Shown here: in pieces, positions 1 through 8,752 of the stretch
How positions within the stretch are numbered: position 1 is the stretch's first letter
Layout of the letters: every line of letters starts with the position of its first letter
DNA from: Chlamydiota bacterium
GTDB taxonomy: Bacteria; Chlamydiota; Chlamydiia; Chlamydiales; RGXB01
Assembly: GCA_947494155.1 (NCBI GenBank)
Contig: CANLTW010000013.1
Span: 1 to 37,304, forward strand
Length of the DNA: 37,304 bases
Direction: 5' to 3'
Notes under the pieces: generated by a model
The model's database searches: none
Told to the model about the DNA's origin: nothing
Seen by the model: only the letters and a program-made list of their open reading frames with translations
Program-made: the position numbers and the translations under genes

Positions 1-6
1 TGGTAA

Positions 7-70
7 ATACTCAATTTTAGGGAGATAGGTTGGAATTAGGGCTAGGATGCAAATTGTCAGCCTAGGCTAA
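7..70 (+). repeat. Direct repeat copy 1 (pairs with 405-468)
   Basis: ATACTCAATTTTAGGGAGATAGGTTGGAATTAG (33 bp) is identical at 7-39 and 405-437. GATGCAAAT and GCCTAGGCTAA follow at the same offsets; period 398 bp. Confidence 0.9.
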
Positions 71-220
71 ACCCTGTGGTGATTTGGGTTTAAAGAACAG
101 GAGCGCTAAGGTAACTGGGGAAAAGATCTAGATTTACCTTTTCGGATTTTGATCTTGGCGTGAAAGGAAATGAACAGGGAGTTTCCTAGATGGCTTATGG
201 CATGGACAATCATAAACCTA

Positions 221-313
221 TTATGGCAACGGCAATCCCCCCATGGTCTTCTTGTTATTCGATTTTTTATTGGACAATTGTTTTTTTAACCTTTTTGGGG
301 TCTTTTTTTTCAT
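221..313 (-). CDS. Small Lys-rich double-glycine peptide A, 30 aa: MKKKTPKRLKKQLSNKKSNNKKTMGG-LPLP
   Basis: Hand-translated. AAGGAGG SD upstream of ATG 313; TAA at 223-221. Same architecture as four other small ORFs in the window. Confidence 0.7.
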   Translation of the reverse strand: MKKKTPKRLKKQLSNKKSNNKKTMGGLPLP

Positions 314-393
314 ATTCTCTTTTTCCTCCTTATAATTTATAAATATACTTACTTTGTTTGCAGGTCAAGGTTTTGAGAGAACCATTTGCCTGA
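300..393. repeat. 94-bp inverted repeat, left arm (promoter + RBS + first codons of peptide A)
   Basis: Reverse complement of 567-660; 88/94 identical by manual alignment. Confidence 0.95.
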
Positions 394-404
394 GAGGATG
401 ATAC

Positions 405-468
405 ATACTCAATTTTAGGGAGATAGGTTGGAATTAGAGGTTTGATGCAAATGGTCCGCCTAGGCTAA
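405..468 (+). repeat. Direct repeat copy 2 (pairs with 7-70)
   Basis: See copy 1; it starts 12 bp after the end of the left inverted-repeat arm. Confidence 0.9.
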
Positions 469-566
469 GGCTCCGAATTTCAAAAGATTTTAGAGCCCCT
501 GATAATCACACACCGGTGTGCAATTTTCTGAATAATCAGAAGTTCCTACTATACCCCCCCCTTTTT

Positions 567-660
567 TCAGGCAAATGATTCTCTCAAAACCTTGACCTGA
601 AAATAAAGTAAATATATTTATAAATTATAAGGAGAAAAAAGAGAACATGAAAAAAAAGAC
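567..660. repeat. 94-bp inverted repeat, right arm (promoter + RBS + first codons of peptide B)
   Basis: Reverse complement of 300-393. Confidence 0.95.
592..620 (+). promoter_or_regulatory. Candidate sigma66/70 promoter of peptide B (mirror copy on - strand for peptide A)
   Basis: TTGACC-17 bp-TATTTA, conserved in both arms. The -35 overlaps an imperfect dyad TCAGGCAA...TTGACCTGA (567-600). Confidence 0.45.
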
Positions 661-730
661 GAAAAATACCAAGTTAAAGAAAAAATCATCAAAAAAAACA
701 AAAATAGTTAGCGGGGGGAAAGTTCTATAG
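647..730 (+). CDS. Small Lys-rich double-glycine peptide B, 27 aa: MKKKTKNTKLKKKSSKKTKIVSGG-KVL
   Basis: Hand-translated. AAGGAG SD at 629-634, ATG 647, TAG 728-730. Confidence 0.7.
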   Translation: MKKKTKNTKLKKKSSKKTKIVSGGKVL

Positions 731-907
731 CTTCCCCTTTGGATACAGCGGTGATTAAAAAATACTAGAGGGAATACAAGCTGAAAACAGCCTGTGCAGT
801 GATGGAGTTTTTTCAATATACACTAGGGCCTCGGTTGGTGATCTGTAGCCGGGGTGACTTATATCAAATGGGAAAAATTCAAAAGGGATCAAGATCTTAC
901 CTATAAA

Positions 908-1177
908 TTAGGGTTGGTGTTTTTCTATACAAGGGAAAAGGTGAGTAAAAAAGTTTTCTATTTTACTTTGAGTGATCCTGCTTTTCATACCGTGAGGGGC
1001 CGTTTCATCAAGAGATACGTACCCGTTCAGGTTTTGCTGTTTCGATTTTTTTCCAGGAGGTTGATAAATTGGATCGACTTCAACTTTTCTTTTAGTACGG
1101 GGAGAAAAAATCGCCTCTAAGTCCTGGGGCTTCATCACGCTATAGGCCATGAATTCTGCTGGTACGTGCAAATACAT
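908..1177 (-). CDS. Hypothetical protein (89 aa)
   Basis: ATG-initiated ORF just downstream of and co-oriented with msbA; no recognisable motif. Confidence 0.4.
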   Translation of the reverse strand: MYLHVPAEFMAYSVMKPQDLEAIFSPRTKRKVEVDPIYQPPGKKSKQQNLNGYVSLDETAPHGMKSRITQSKIENFFTHLFPCIEKHQP

Positions 1178-1209
1178 AATATTCGTTCAATTTTTCGGTT
1201 ATTTAAAAT

Positions 1210-2988
1210 TTAGGATTCTCGACACATCGAGAGGTCGTTAAGATCCCACATGGTTTTAAATTCGGGGCAGCTTTGGTACAAAGTCTCTTTTGTCCCCTCT
1301 CCTAGCTTTTTCCCCTCTTTCATCACTATGATTCGATCCGCCTTCTCTACAGTTTTTAGCCGGTGCGCAACAATGATCTGAGTGAGTTTTCCTTGCATAT
1401 TTTCCACCGCCTGTTTGACTTTCTCCTCGCTAAATGCGTCTAGCTGCGAGGTAGCCTCATCTAAAAGGAGAATCGGCGATTTTTTTGCTAAAGCTCGCGC
1501 TAAAGCCAGCCTTTGCTGTTGCCCCCCAGAGAGGTTTTTACCGGTCTCGCTTAAATGGGTATCATACCCTAATGTCAGTCGGTCAATAAACTCGTCAGCA
1601 TAGGCTTGCGAGGCGGCAAGCTTGAGCGACTCTTCGCTTAAAGGTTTGCCTAAACTAATATTTTTACGAATCGTATCAAAGAACAAAAAAGGCTTTTGAG
1701 TTACATAGGAGACAAGGTTTCGTAGAGAATCGTGCCGAATATCACGTATACTTTTTCCGTCAATACGGATATCCCCCTCCATTCCCTCATACAAACGGGG
1801 TAATAGATTCAAAATTGTCGACTTTCCCGATCCTGTAGCCCCAACAATCGCAACCGTCTCCCCCCGCTTGATCGAAAAAGAAACATCCCTTAAAACGTAC
1901 TGATCTTCATATTTGAAGCTCACCTTGTCAAACACAATAGAGTCCTCAAAAGTTTCAATCGCCACACACTCTTTATGATCTTGCTGCGGTTTTACCTCCA
2001 TTACTGAAACCATGCGCTCAAGGGCCGCAACCCCTCTTTGGATACTTGCGTTCTCCTCGGCAAATTTTTTGATAGGGTCATAGGTTAAATGCAAGATCCC
2101 GCAAAAAGCGATCAGATCGGGAACCGACATCTTTAAAGCATACAGCCCTGTAAGGATGATACCCGCAAGACATAGAGAGGTAATCGAATGGAGGATGGGT
2201 CTTGTCATGAGATCGTATTTCGCCGCTTTTTGCTCATAAAAAGCCATCCGGGCGTTCTCCTCCTTATATTTCTGTAAAGAAAAGGATTCCATTGAGAACA
2301 TCTTTACCGTCTGTATACCGGAGAGATAGTCTAAAAGGGTGCTGGAAAAAAGCTCCTGGTTTTTCATCAGCTGTCTTGTGGAAGAGCGGACTTTTTTTGT
2401 CAGGATGACCAAGGGAATCACCAGAAGGGGAAATCCCACTAGGATCACCAATGAGAGTTTCCAAGACAAGAAAAGGCAAAAACTTACCGAAGAGAGCAAC
2501 TTAAAAGGGGTTATAATCACATTCCGAAAAAACGAGTTGATCGAAATGGCGATTTGCTGTGAATCCCCAGTCACTTTTTGGGAAAGTGAGCCTATGTGGT
2601 ATTGCTGGAAAAACTTCATGGGAAGCTGTTGTAGATGGGCAAAATAATTATCTCTTAGCTCACGACTCACTTGAATCGACAGCTTTTGGACTAAAAACCT
2701 CCCCCAGAACAGCGAGGCGGCTTTGAATAAAGCTACGGGGACAGAAACGATCAAGAGCGTTTGCAACGCTGTCGATTCGTGTAAAATCGTCTTAGAAATC
2801 CACTTGGAAAAATCTCCAATCATTCCCCCCTTAAGCAATCCGAAATCTTGCCCTACAGAGGTTAGCATCGCTACCCAAAGAATTTCACACTGTTCAGCCA
2901 TGCTCATGAAAAGCATCGACAAAATTACCCAAAAACCCAGCTTGCGAAACTGCTGAATTTTTAAGCAGGTTTTGATCAAATCAAACAA
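1210..2988 (-). CDS. msbA: MsbA-like lipid ABC exporter (TMD + NBD)
   Basis: Walker A GATGSGKST, LSGGQQQR signature, LLLDEATS Walker B, N-terminal TM helices, no C39 peptidase domain. Adjacent to accA as in chlamydial genomes. Confidence 0.85.
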   Translation of the reverse strand: MFDLIKTCLKIQQFRKLGFWVILSMLFMSMAEQCEILWVAMLTSVGQDFGLLKGGMIGDFSKWISKTILHESTALQTLLIVSVPVALFKAASLFWGRFLVQKLSIQVSRELRDNYFAHLQQLPMKFFQQYHIGSLSQKVTGDSQQIAISINSFFRNVIITPFKLLSSVSFCLFLSWKLSLVILVGFPLLVIPLVILTKKVRSSTRQLMKNQELFSSTLLDYLSGIQTVKMFSMESFSLQKYKEENARMAFYEQKAAKYDLMTRPILHSITSLCLAGIILTGLYALKMSVPDLIAFCGILHLTYDPIKKFAEENASIQRGVAALERMVSVMEVKPQQDHKECVAIETFEDSIVFDKVSFKYEDQYVLRDVSFSIKRGETVAIVGATGSGKSTILNLLPRLYEGMEGDIRIDGKSIRDIRHDSLRNLVSYVTQKPFLFFDTIRKNISLGKPLSEESLKLAASQAYADEFIDRLTLGYDTHLSETGKNLSGGQQQRLALARALAKKSPILLLDEATSQLDAFSEEKVKQAVENMQGKLTQIIVAHRLKTVEKADRIIVMKEGKKLGEGTKETLYQSCPEFKTMWDLNDLSMCRES

Positions 2989-3920
2989 TCGTCCACTTCT
3001 CCCATTTGTCGGAAGAAAGTATAACGTTGTTGCATAAGATCTTCAAGCGAGAGAAGGGATAGCTCGTGAAAATGGCTCCTAATCGACTCTTGAATCCTTT
3101 CGATGGCTCCCTTGGGATCGACATGAGCAGCTCCGTAAGGCTCTTCGATCACCTCATGAATGATACCGTTTTTCAAAAGAAATGGCGCATCTAAGTGCAA
3201 GTTTTCTGCTGCAAGCGCCCTTTTAGAGGAGCATCTCCAAAGTATTGAGGCGCAAGATTCAGGGGAAATAACGCTATAAATACTATTTTCTAACATTAAA
3301 ACACGATCGGCAACACCTATTGCTAGAGCCCCGCCTGACGAACCCTCCCCCAGGATCAACGCCACCATTGGGGTGCTTATGGCAGATAAAGAGTAGATGT
3401 TTTGTGCAATCGCCATCCCCTGCCCCCTTTGCTCCGATTCCAAGTCGCTATGGGCTCCCGGAGTGTCGATAACAAAAAGAATGGGTAAGGAAAACTTCTC
3501 AGCAAGCTGCGCCATGCGCAAAGCTTTTCTATAGCCCTCCGGATGGGGCATCCCATAATTTCTTGCTACCCGATCGTGCGGATGTATCCCTTTGTGGTGA
3601 CCAATCAACATCAAACCCTTCCCCATGAAAGTACCCACCCCGGCATAGATCGCAGAGTCATCCCCAAACTGCCTATCGCCATGTAGCTCGATGAAATCTT
3701 TCAAAAGGGTTTTTTGGATCATCTCTATCTTGGGACGCTGCGGATGACGAGCTAGCTCTACCCGCTCCATGGGTGTTATCGTCTCTCGAAGAGCCTTTAG
3801 CGATGCGGTGAGTGTCTCCAGATGGGAATCTTGGCCAATTTCTGAAAGGGAATTTTCATGGGAAACTTTGAGGTGTGCGATTTCGTTAATAAGATCCGAA
3901 GCAGATTTAGCCTTTACCAT
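2976..3920 (-). CDS. accA: Acetyl-CoA carboxylase carboxyltransferase alpha subunit
   Basis: ARHPQRP, ELHGDR, GMPHPEGYRKALR, IDTPGA, GEGSSGGALA and YSVISPE motifs. Confidence 0.97.
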   Translation of the reverse strand: MVKAKSASDLINEIAHLKVSHENSLSEIGQDSHLETLTASLKALRETITPMERVELARHPQRPKIEMIQKTLLKDFIELHGDRQFGDDSAIYAGVGTFMGKGLMLIGHHKGIHPHDRVARNYGMPHPEGYRKALRMAQLAEKFSLPILFVIDTPGAHSDLESEQRGQGMAIAQNIYSLSAISTPMVALILGEGSSGGALAIGVADRVLMLENSIYSVISPESCASILWRCSSKRALAAENLHLDAPFLLKNGIIHEVIEEPYGAAHVDPKGAIERIQESIRSHFHELSLLSLEDLMQQRYTFFRQMGEVDDCLI

Positions 3921-4019
3921 AGTCCATCCAGTTTAATCAAAAAGGTCGATTCTTACAATGGTTCAAAAAGTTTTCGCCCTGGGGAGCTGTTATTTTGTCT
4001 CCCCAAACGGCGAAAAAAA

Positions 4020-4946
4020 CTACTCAGTGGTTCCGCGGATAATCTCAACAATCGTCGGTTTAGTAATCACAATAGAAAAAAGCTCTTCGATATGCTCTTT
4101 GGCCATCCTTATGCAACCGTCGCTTGAATAATCTCCGATGAGACTTTTTTCCTCTGTTGTTTGACCGCTTTGTTGATCAAAATGGCAGGGTACACCATGA
4201 ATTCCATACCCCTTGGCACCATCCGAACACCCCTCAATCTCCTCATCAAACGGAAGCCATCGAGTACCAAAAACTTCCATCATCTCAATTTTTCGGTTTT
4301 GAAAAAATCCGGTAACTCCAGGTGTATAAATGGCAACTTTTGAGCCAAGTTTAAATTTTCCAACAGGGGTCAGGCAACCCGAGGGTGAATGGGGATCCAC
4401 TCGCCCCAGACCCACCGGATAGGTCTTCAAAAGAACCTCCTCTTGAGAGTCGAGATTCTTGTAAAAAAATTGCATCTTGGCTGTAGAAAGATTGATTTTC
4501 AGATGAAATTCTAACGAAAGATTTTTCTTAAAAACATTAAATCGATCCCCGATTGAAACCTTCTGGTTTACGTAATCGTTTTTACCATTTAGGCTTCGGG
4601 CGATAAAGTGTCTTGAGGTGTTGAAATAGGAGGCGTAATCGGCTAACCAGGCAGGTCTTCCTTTAAGCCAAGCTACTCGGCTTGAATAGGTGACCGTCTC
4701 AACAATCGGGAGTTTATCCGGGCCTTTTGAGAAAAGCATCCGTACACGATCCACCTCTAATGAGGGGTCTTTTTTTGTATCCTCCAGTGCTACCTCTTCT
4801 ATCGATTGGTAGACAGCCTCTTTACTTTTGTCTTGTGTGTTTAAGGAGAGAAATGGCTTGTTTTTTACAAACCACATTGCGCCAATACCAGCAAATACAA
4901 AGAAAAACGAACGTGATAAAAACTTTGAGAATCTCAATTGACCCAC
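4020..4946 (-). CDS. Membrane-anchored L,D-transpeptidase (YkuD) family protein
   Basis: N-terminal TM segment; YPVGLG, TPVG, FGTRWL, YGIHG...SSDGCIRM catalytic His/Cys motif. Confidence 0.85.
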   Translation of the reverse strand: MGQLRFSKFLSRSFFFVFAGIGAMWFVKNKPFLSLNTQDKSKEAVYQSIEEVALEDTKKDPSLEVDRVRMLFSKGPDKLPIVETVTYSSRVAWLKGRPAWLADYASYFNTSRHFIARSLNGKNDYVNQKVSIGDRFNVFKKNLSLEFHLKINLSTAKMQFFYKNLDSQEEVLLKTYPVGLGRVDPHSPSGCLTPVGKFKLGSKVAIYTPGVTGFFQNRKIEMMEVFGTRWLPFDEEIEGCSDGAKGYGIHGVPCHFDQQSGQTTEEKSLIGDYSSDGCIRMAKEHIEELFSIVITKPTIVEIIRGTTE

Positions 4947-5136
4947 CTCTAACTGCTTAGCCTTATCTTTGAAAAAAACTCCCTCCTTTCAAAGAAGATG
5001 TGTAGCCCCTTAAAAAAATCGATTCAAAAAGTCTCATTTTAAGCGAGTGCAAAGAACACATTCTAGAAATACCCAAGAAGTTTTTATTTCTAAATAGATC
5101 CTGTAATCATACAATTATCTTGGAAGAAATCAAGCA

Positions 5137-5172
5137 TAAAAAAAGCCTTATCCGTTGCGGGAATAAGGCTTT
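5137..5172 (-). terminator. Intrinsic terminator after IHF/HU gene
   Basis: AAAGCCTTAT...ATAAGGCTTT hairpin followed by a T-run on the - strand. Confidence 0.8.
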
Positions 5173-5193
5173 GGGGAAAATTAGAAGGTAAAT

Positions 5194-5535
5194 TTATAAA
5201 GTTGCAGATCTTTGGTGTTGCTTGTGCGCGTGGTGGTCTTTAGAAACAGGCTGCTCTACGTCCTCTTTCATTTTTTTACCGGGGGTGAATTTTACCGCCT
5301 TCCTCTCTGGAATGACAATAGCAACTCCGGCATTTTTTGGATTACGCCCAATTTTTTGTTTACGAACAACAACCTCAAAAACTCCAAAGTCTCTAAACTC
5401 GTAACGATCCCCATGGGCAAGCCCCTCAATGAGGCTATCCAAAAAAGATTGAACTATACGACGGACATCGTTTGGATTAAGGTTGCACTCCGTGGCAATT
5501 TTGAAAACGAGCTCTTTCTTCGTCTTGGTCGCCAT
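5194..5535 (-). CDS. ihfA: Integration host factor / HU family DNA-binding protein
   Basis: MATKTKKELV...EFRDFGVFEV...GRNPKN...VKFTPGK; ATG at 5535 preferred over the upstream GTG. Confidence 0.9.
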   Translation of the reverse strand: MATKTKKELVFKIATECNLNPNDVRRIVQSFLDSLIEGLAHGDRYEFRDFGVFEVVVRKQKIGRNPKNAGVAIVIPERKAVKFTPGKKMKEDVEQPVSKDHHAHKQHQRSATL

Positions 5536-5614
5536 TTCGTCAACTCCCTGCACTTTTATTTCTTAACCCTCCTTTAATAAAATCAGTAATTTATGACAAA
5601 TTAAAAAAACGTAA

Positions 5615-6856
5615 TTAACTGAAACTAATTAACATTTTCTTTTTTTTGCCTTGTTGTGCAAATAAATAAACTTCGCCAATTAACTCGTTTGGATCAAATA
5701 GCGATTTTGGATCAGTTAGTACCCTGCCGTTGACTCTTAGGCCTTGACCAGTAACCAGCCTTACCCCCTCTGACTTCGAGAGAATTAGCCCTGCTTGAAC
5801 TAGTATATCCAACAAGGTTTTATCCAAAAAATCTCTTTTATCTAACCTGGCATGGGGAAAAGCCTCAAAAATCTGGTCGTAATCCTCTTTGGTTCCCAAC
5901 TGGTCGCTAAAGGCGACCTCGGTCAAGCGGATAGCCTCTTTGAGCCCTGATTCTCCATGGATGAAGCGGGTAAGTTCTGCAGCTAACGTTCTTTGGCGTT
6001 CAAGACCGCTTAAAGAGGCGATCTCTTCTACGCTCAAAAATGTAAAGCGCTTGAGGCAAATTTCCACGTCTTCGTCGGGGATATTCAAAAGATACTGGTA
6101 AAAAGCGTAAGCAGAAGTGCGCTCTTTATTCAGATAAATCGCTCCCGACTCGCTTTTGCCAAATTTTTTACCATCGGAGCGCAACATAAGAGGAATAGTC
6201 ATGACGTGGAGCTCTTTTCCCCCTTTTCGGCGAGAAAGGTCGGTCCCTGCAGTCATGTTCCCCCATTGGTCGCTTCCCCCAATTTGCACCGTCACTTCGT
6301 GATTCTCTGCAAGGTAGTAAAAATCGTACCCTTGAAGCAACTGGTAAGAGAATTCACAAAAACTGATCCCCTCCTCTGCCTCCATCCGGCTGCGGACCGA
6401 ATCTTTACCTAGCATCTGCGAAACTCTAAAAAATCGCCCTATATCCCGCAAAAATGTGGGGACAGTCATCTGATCAAACCAATCGGAATTATTCACAAAC
6501 AAAAGATCATTTCCGAGAATTCCCTCAAGATTCTGAGAAATTTTTCTCAGATTGTGAGCAATTTGTTCTAGAGATAGGAGGGGTCGATCACTCTGTTTTC
6601 CAGAGGGGTCGCCAATTTTAGTTGTCGCACCGCCGTAAAGAATTACCGGTTTGTGCCCCATCATTTTGTATCTGTATAAAGTCAGAATTACTAAAAGGTT
6701 TCCCAAATGCAAAGAGTCAGCGGTGACATCAAATCCAGCATAAACATAGCGGGGTTCTTTGAGATGTTCCTCTAAACCGGGGGTTGCATCTTGGAAAAGC
6801 CCCCTCTCTTTCAAGTGGGTTAGCACTAGTGCAGTATCGGCGCTCACAGGTTTCAT
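5615..6856 (-). CDS. tyrS: Tyrosine--tRNA ligase
   Basis: YAGFDVTADSLHLGN (HIGH), QIGGSDQWGN, GKKFGKS (KMSKS), C-terminal S4-like domain. Confidence 0.97.
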   Translation of the reverse strand: MKPVSADTALVLTHLKERGLFQDATPGLEEHLKEPRYVYAGFDVTADSLHLGNLLVILTLYRYKMMGHKPVILYGGATTKIGDPSGKQSDRPLLSLEQIAHNLRKISQNLEGILGNDLLFVNNSDWFDQMTVPTFLRDIGRFFRVSQMLGKDSVRSRMEAEEGISFCEFSYQLLQGYDFYYLAENHEVTVQIGGSDQWGNMTAGTDLSRRKGGKELHVMTIPLMLRSDGKKFGKSESGAIYLNKERTSAYAFYQYLLNIPDEDVEICLKRFTFLSVEEIASLSGLERQRTLAAELTRFIHGESGLKEAIRLTEVAFSDQLGTKEDYDQIFEAFPHARLDKRDFLDKTLLDILVQAGLILSKSEGVRLVTGQGLRVNGRVLTDPKSLFDPNELIGEVYLFAQQGKKKKMLISFS

Positions 6857-7141
6857 CTATTTGTCCTTTTCTAAACGCTCCTTCATCCCCTGAGTTTTTT
6901 TACTCAGCGGAGCGGAATTGCGATTTTGATCATAAAGACCAAGATCATCTTTTGTGACTGCATCTCTTGACCAGGAGTGGCGCGAGATCCAATCGGCTAT
7001 TTGATCTTTTTTTTGATCGATGGCATGAGATGTTACCATAGTATCGATCTTTTTTAGTCGAGATTTTAACTTTTCACGCGCTTTTTTTGTTTTTTCGCTC
7101 TCTTGCGCTACCTTTTTATCATTATCAACACGTGTTGCCAT
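6857..7141 (-). CDS. Small basic hypothetical protein, abutting tyrS
   Basis: Stop directly precedes the tyrS ATG; charged coiled-coil-like sequence. Confidence 0.65.
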   Translation of the reverse strand: MATRVDNDKKVAQESEKTKKAREKLKSRLKKIDTMVTSHAIDQKKDQIADWISRHSWSRDAVTKDDLGLYDQNRNSAPLSKKTQGMKERLEKDK

Positions 7142-7405
7142 GAATTTTGCCCTCAAAAATAGGATGGCTTTATCTTGCGGTCTTCTTAAAATTTTGTAAA
7201 CCAGGAACTTTACGCGGAAAACAGTAAATAAAAAGTTTATTTATATTTTTCTAAGATTAATATTCTGTTCTAGACCCTTTCAGATCTGTTTTTGATTAAA
7301 AAAAAGTTTTTTTCTATCCTAAGCTTTTACAAGTCTACAAACTATAATTCAATAGCATGGTTTGGTTTGAATTTTAAGAAATAAACCTGCACTAAAAGGA
7401 TTAGA

Positions 7406-8083
7406 ATGCACGAAGAGATGAAAGCCCACGCCGCCAAAAAGGCGTTTGACATTTTGCTCGAAAAAGCGAAGCTCCCTTTTAAGCTGGGTCTGGGCAGCGG
7501 ATCCACGTCGGAGGCTTTCTTAAAAATTCTTATGGCCAGACACCATGAGCTCCCCCCATTCACCTGTGCGGCTAGTTCCCAAAAAATCCATGATATGAGT
7601 GCGCACATACTCCACTTCATGAAAGAGGACTCCTTTGAATCTTTGGACTTCTACATTGATGGCGCAGATGAGGTCTCCTTAGATTATCAGTTCGCAATGA
7701 TTAAAGGTGGTGGTGGCTGCTTAACACGCGAAAAGATCCTTTTCTCTAGTGCCAAATTTCGGATGATCATGGTCGATTTGCATAAGCTGCAGCGTGGCCC
7801 AATCGGTTCGGGATTCAAAAAAATTCCCTTAGAAATTCTCCCTTTTGGGCTCCGAGCCACACTGAAGCAGATCCATTACAAGGGCAGTATACGCAAAGAT
7901 TTTCTCACCGATCAAGGAGCTGTCATTTTTGATATACAGGCTCCTTTAGGTGGTCAAAAAACACCCCCAGAAATTTGCCAGGAATTACGGCAAATACCGG
8001 GAGTAATCGAAGTGGGGGTTTTTCCCCCGCCCCAACTTTTTATCGTCGGCAAAGAGGATTCCGCTGAGGTGATCCATGTTTGA
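7406..8083 (+). CDS. rpiA: Ribose-5-phosphate isomerase A
   Basis: LGLGSGST, DGADEV, IKGGGG.LTREKI and IPGVIEVG motifs. Confidence 0.95.
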   Translation: MHEEMKAHAAKKAFDILLEKAKLPFKLGLGSGSTSEAFLKILMARHHELPPFTCAASSQKIHDMSAHILHFMKEDSFESLDFYIDGADEVSLDYQFAMIKGGGGCLTREKILFSSAKFRMIMVDLHKLQRGPIGSGFKKIPLEILPFGLRATLKQIHYKGSIRKDFLTDQGAVIFDIQAPLGGQKTPPEICQELRQIPGVIEVGVFPPPQLFIVGKEDSAEVIHV

Positions 8084-8465
8084 CGAGACCCTAATTCCTA
8101 TTGAATCTTATGAAGTCGATCCCCACCCCAGCTATACGCTATTCAAACTCCACACAAAAAAAGGGACTGTTCCCCTTTACACTTCAAGCGAGGTGAATGA
8201 GCAGCTTAGAAGGGACTATCGACGCCCGGTGACACATGATATTATTTCAGGGGTTGTTGCTGGGTTTGATCTTAAGATCATAAAGTGCGTTATTGATCAT
8301 GTCGAAGAATCGATCTATTTTGCAAATCTTTTTCTAGACCGCTCGGGCAAAGAGATCGTATCGATAGATGTAAGACCCAGCGATGTACTGATCCTTTTGA
8401 AAACCCATACATTTCCCCTTTATATATCTCAAAAAGTGCTGGATCTTACCAGAGATGATCTCTAG
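8076..8465 (+). CDS. Bifunctional nuclease / DUF151 family protein
   Basis: RRPVTHD...IYFANL...IDVRPSD pattern of DUF151. Confidence 0.8.
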   Translation: MFDETLIPIESYEVDPHPSYTLFKLHTKKGTVPLYTSSEVNEQLRRDYRRPVTHDIISGVVAGFDLKIIKCVIDHVEESIYFANLFLDRSGKEIVSIDVRPSDVLILLKTHTFPLYISQKVLDLTRDDL

Positions 8466-8752
8466 TATGTGATATAAAAACGGTTCCTGGAAAGATCCAA
8501 TAGTGATCGAACCGCCTCCTCGGCATCCTCCCCGTCCGCTTCAACACACACCTTGGATCCTTTTGCGGCAGCTAACATCAAAATCCCCAAAATGGATTTT
8601 CCATTGATAGTCAAGTCCTCAAAACGCAAGGTGATATTCGATTTAAATTGTGCAGCACAGCGGACAAATTCCGCTGCAGGGCGTGTATGCAGCCCTTTTT
8701 CATTCAATACGATGAAGTAGCCTTTGGCTTTTTGGTCTCTTTGATCGATCAT
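8462..8752 (-). CDS. ptsH: Phosphocarrier protein HPr
   Basis: GLHTRPA (His15) and NGKSILGILML (Ser46) motifs. Confidence 0.93.
   Translation of the reverse strand: MIDQRDQKAKGYFIVLNEKGLHTRPAAEFVRCAAQFKSNITLRFEDLTINGKSILGILMLAAAKGSKVCVEADGEDAEEAVRSLLDLSRNRFYITY

Noticed and set aside
7..660. CRISPR array or IS/MITE from the direct and inverted repeats
   Set aside because: Only two copies of each, no regular repeat-spacer pattern, no cas or transposase gene, no target-site duplication seen; the arms contain promoter/RBS/start signals facing outward.
221..730. Chlamydial histone-like proteins (Hc1/Hc2) as identity of the Lys-rich ORFs
   Set aside because: Far too short, lack Ala/Lys pentapeptide-type repeats, and share a positionally conserved GG instead.
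625..816. 63-aa Phe-rich minus-strand ORF
   Set aside because: Antisense shadow of Lys-rich peptide B (poly-A read as poly-Phe).
1210..2988. ABC transporter as the dedicated GG-peptide exporter (PCAT)
   Set aside because: No N-terminal C39 peptidase domain, and it sits in the conserved msbA-accA core context.
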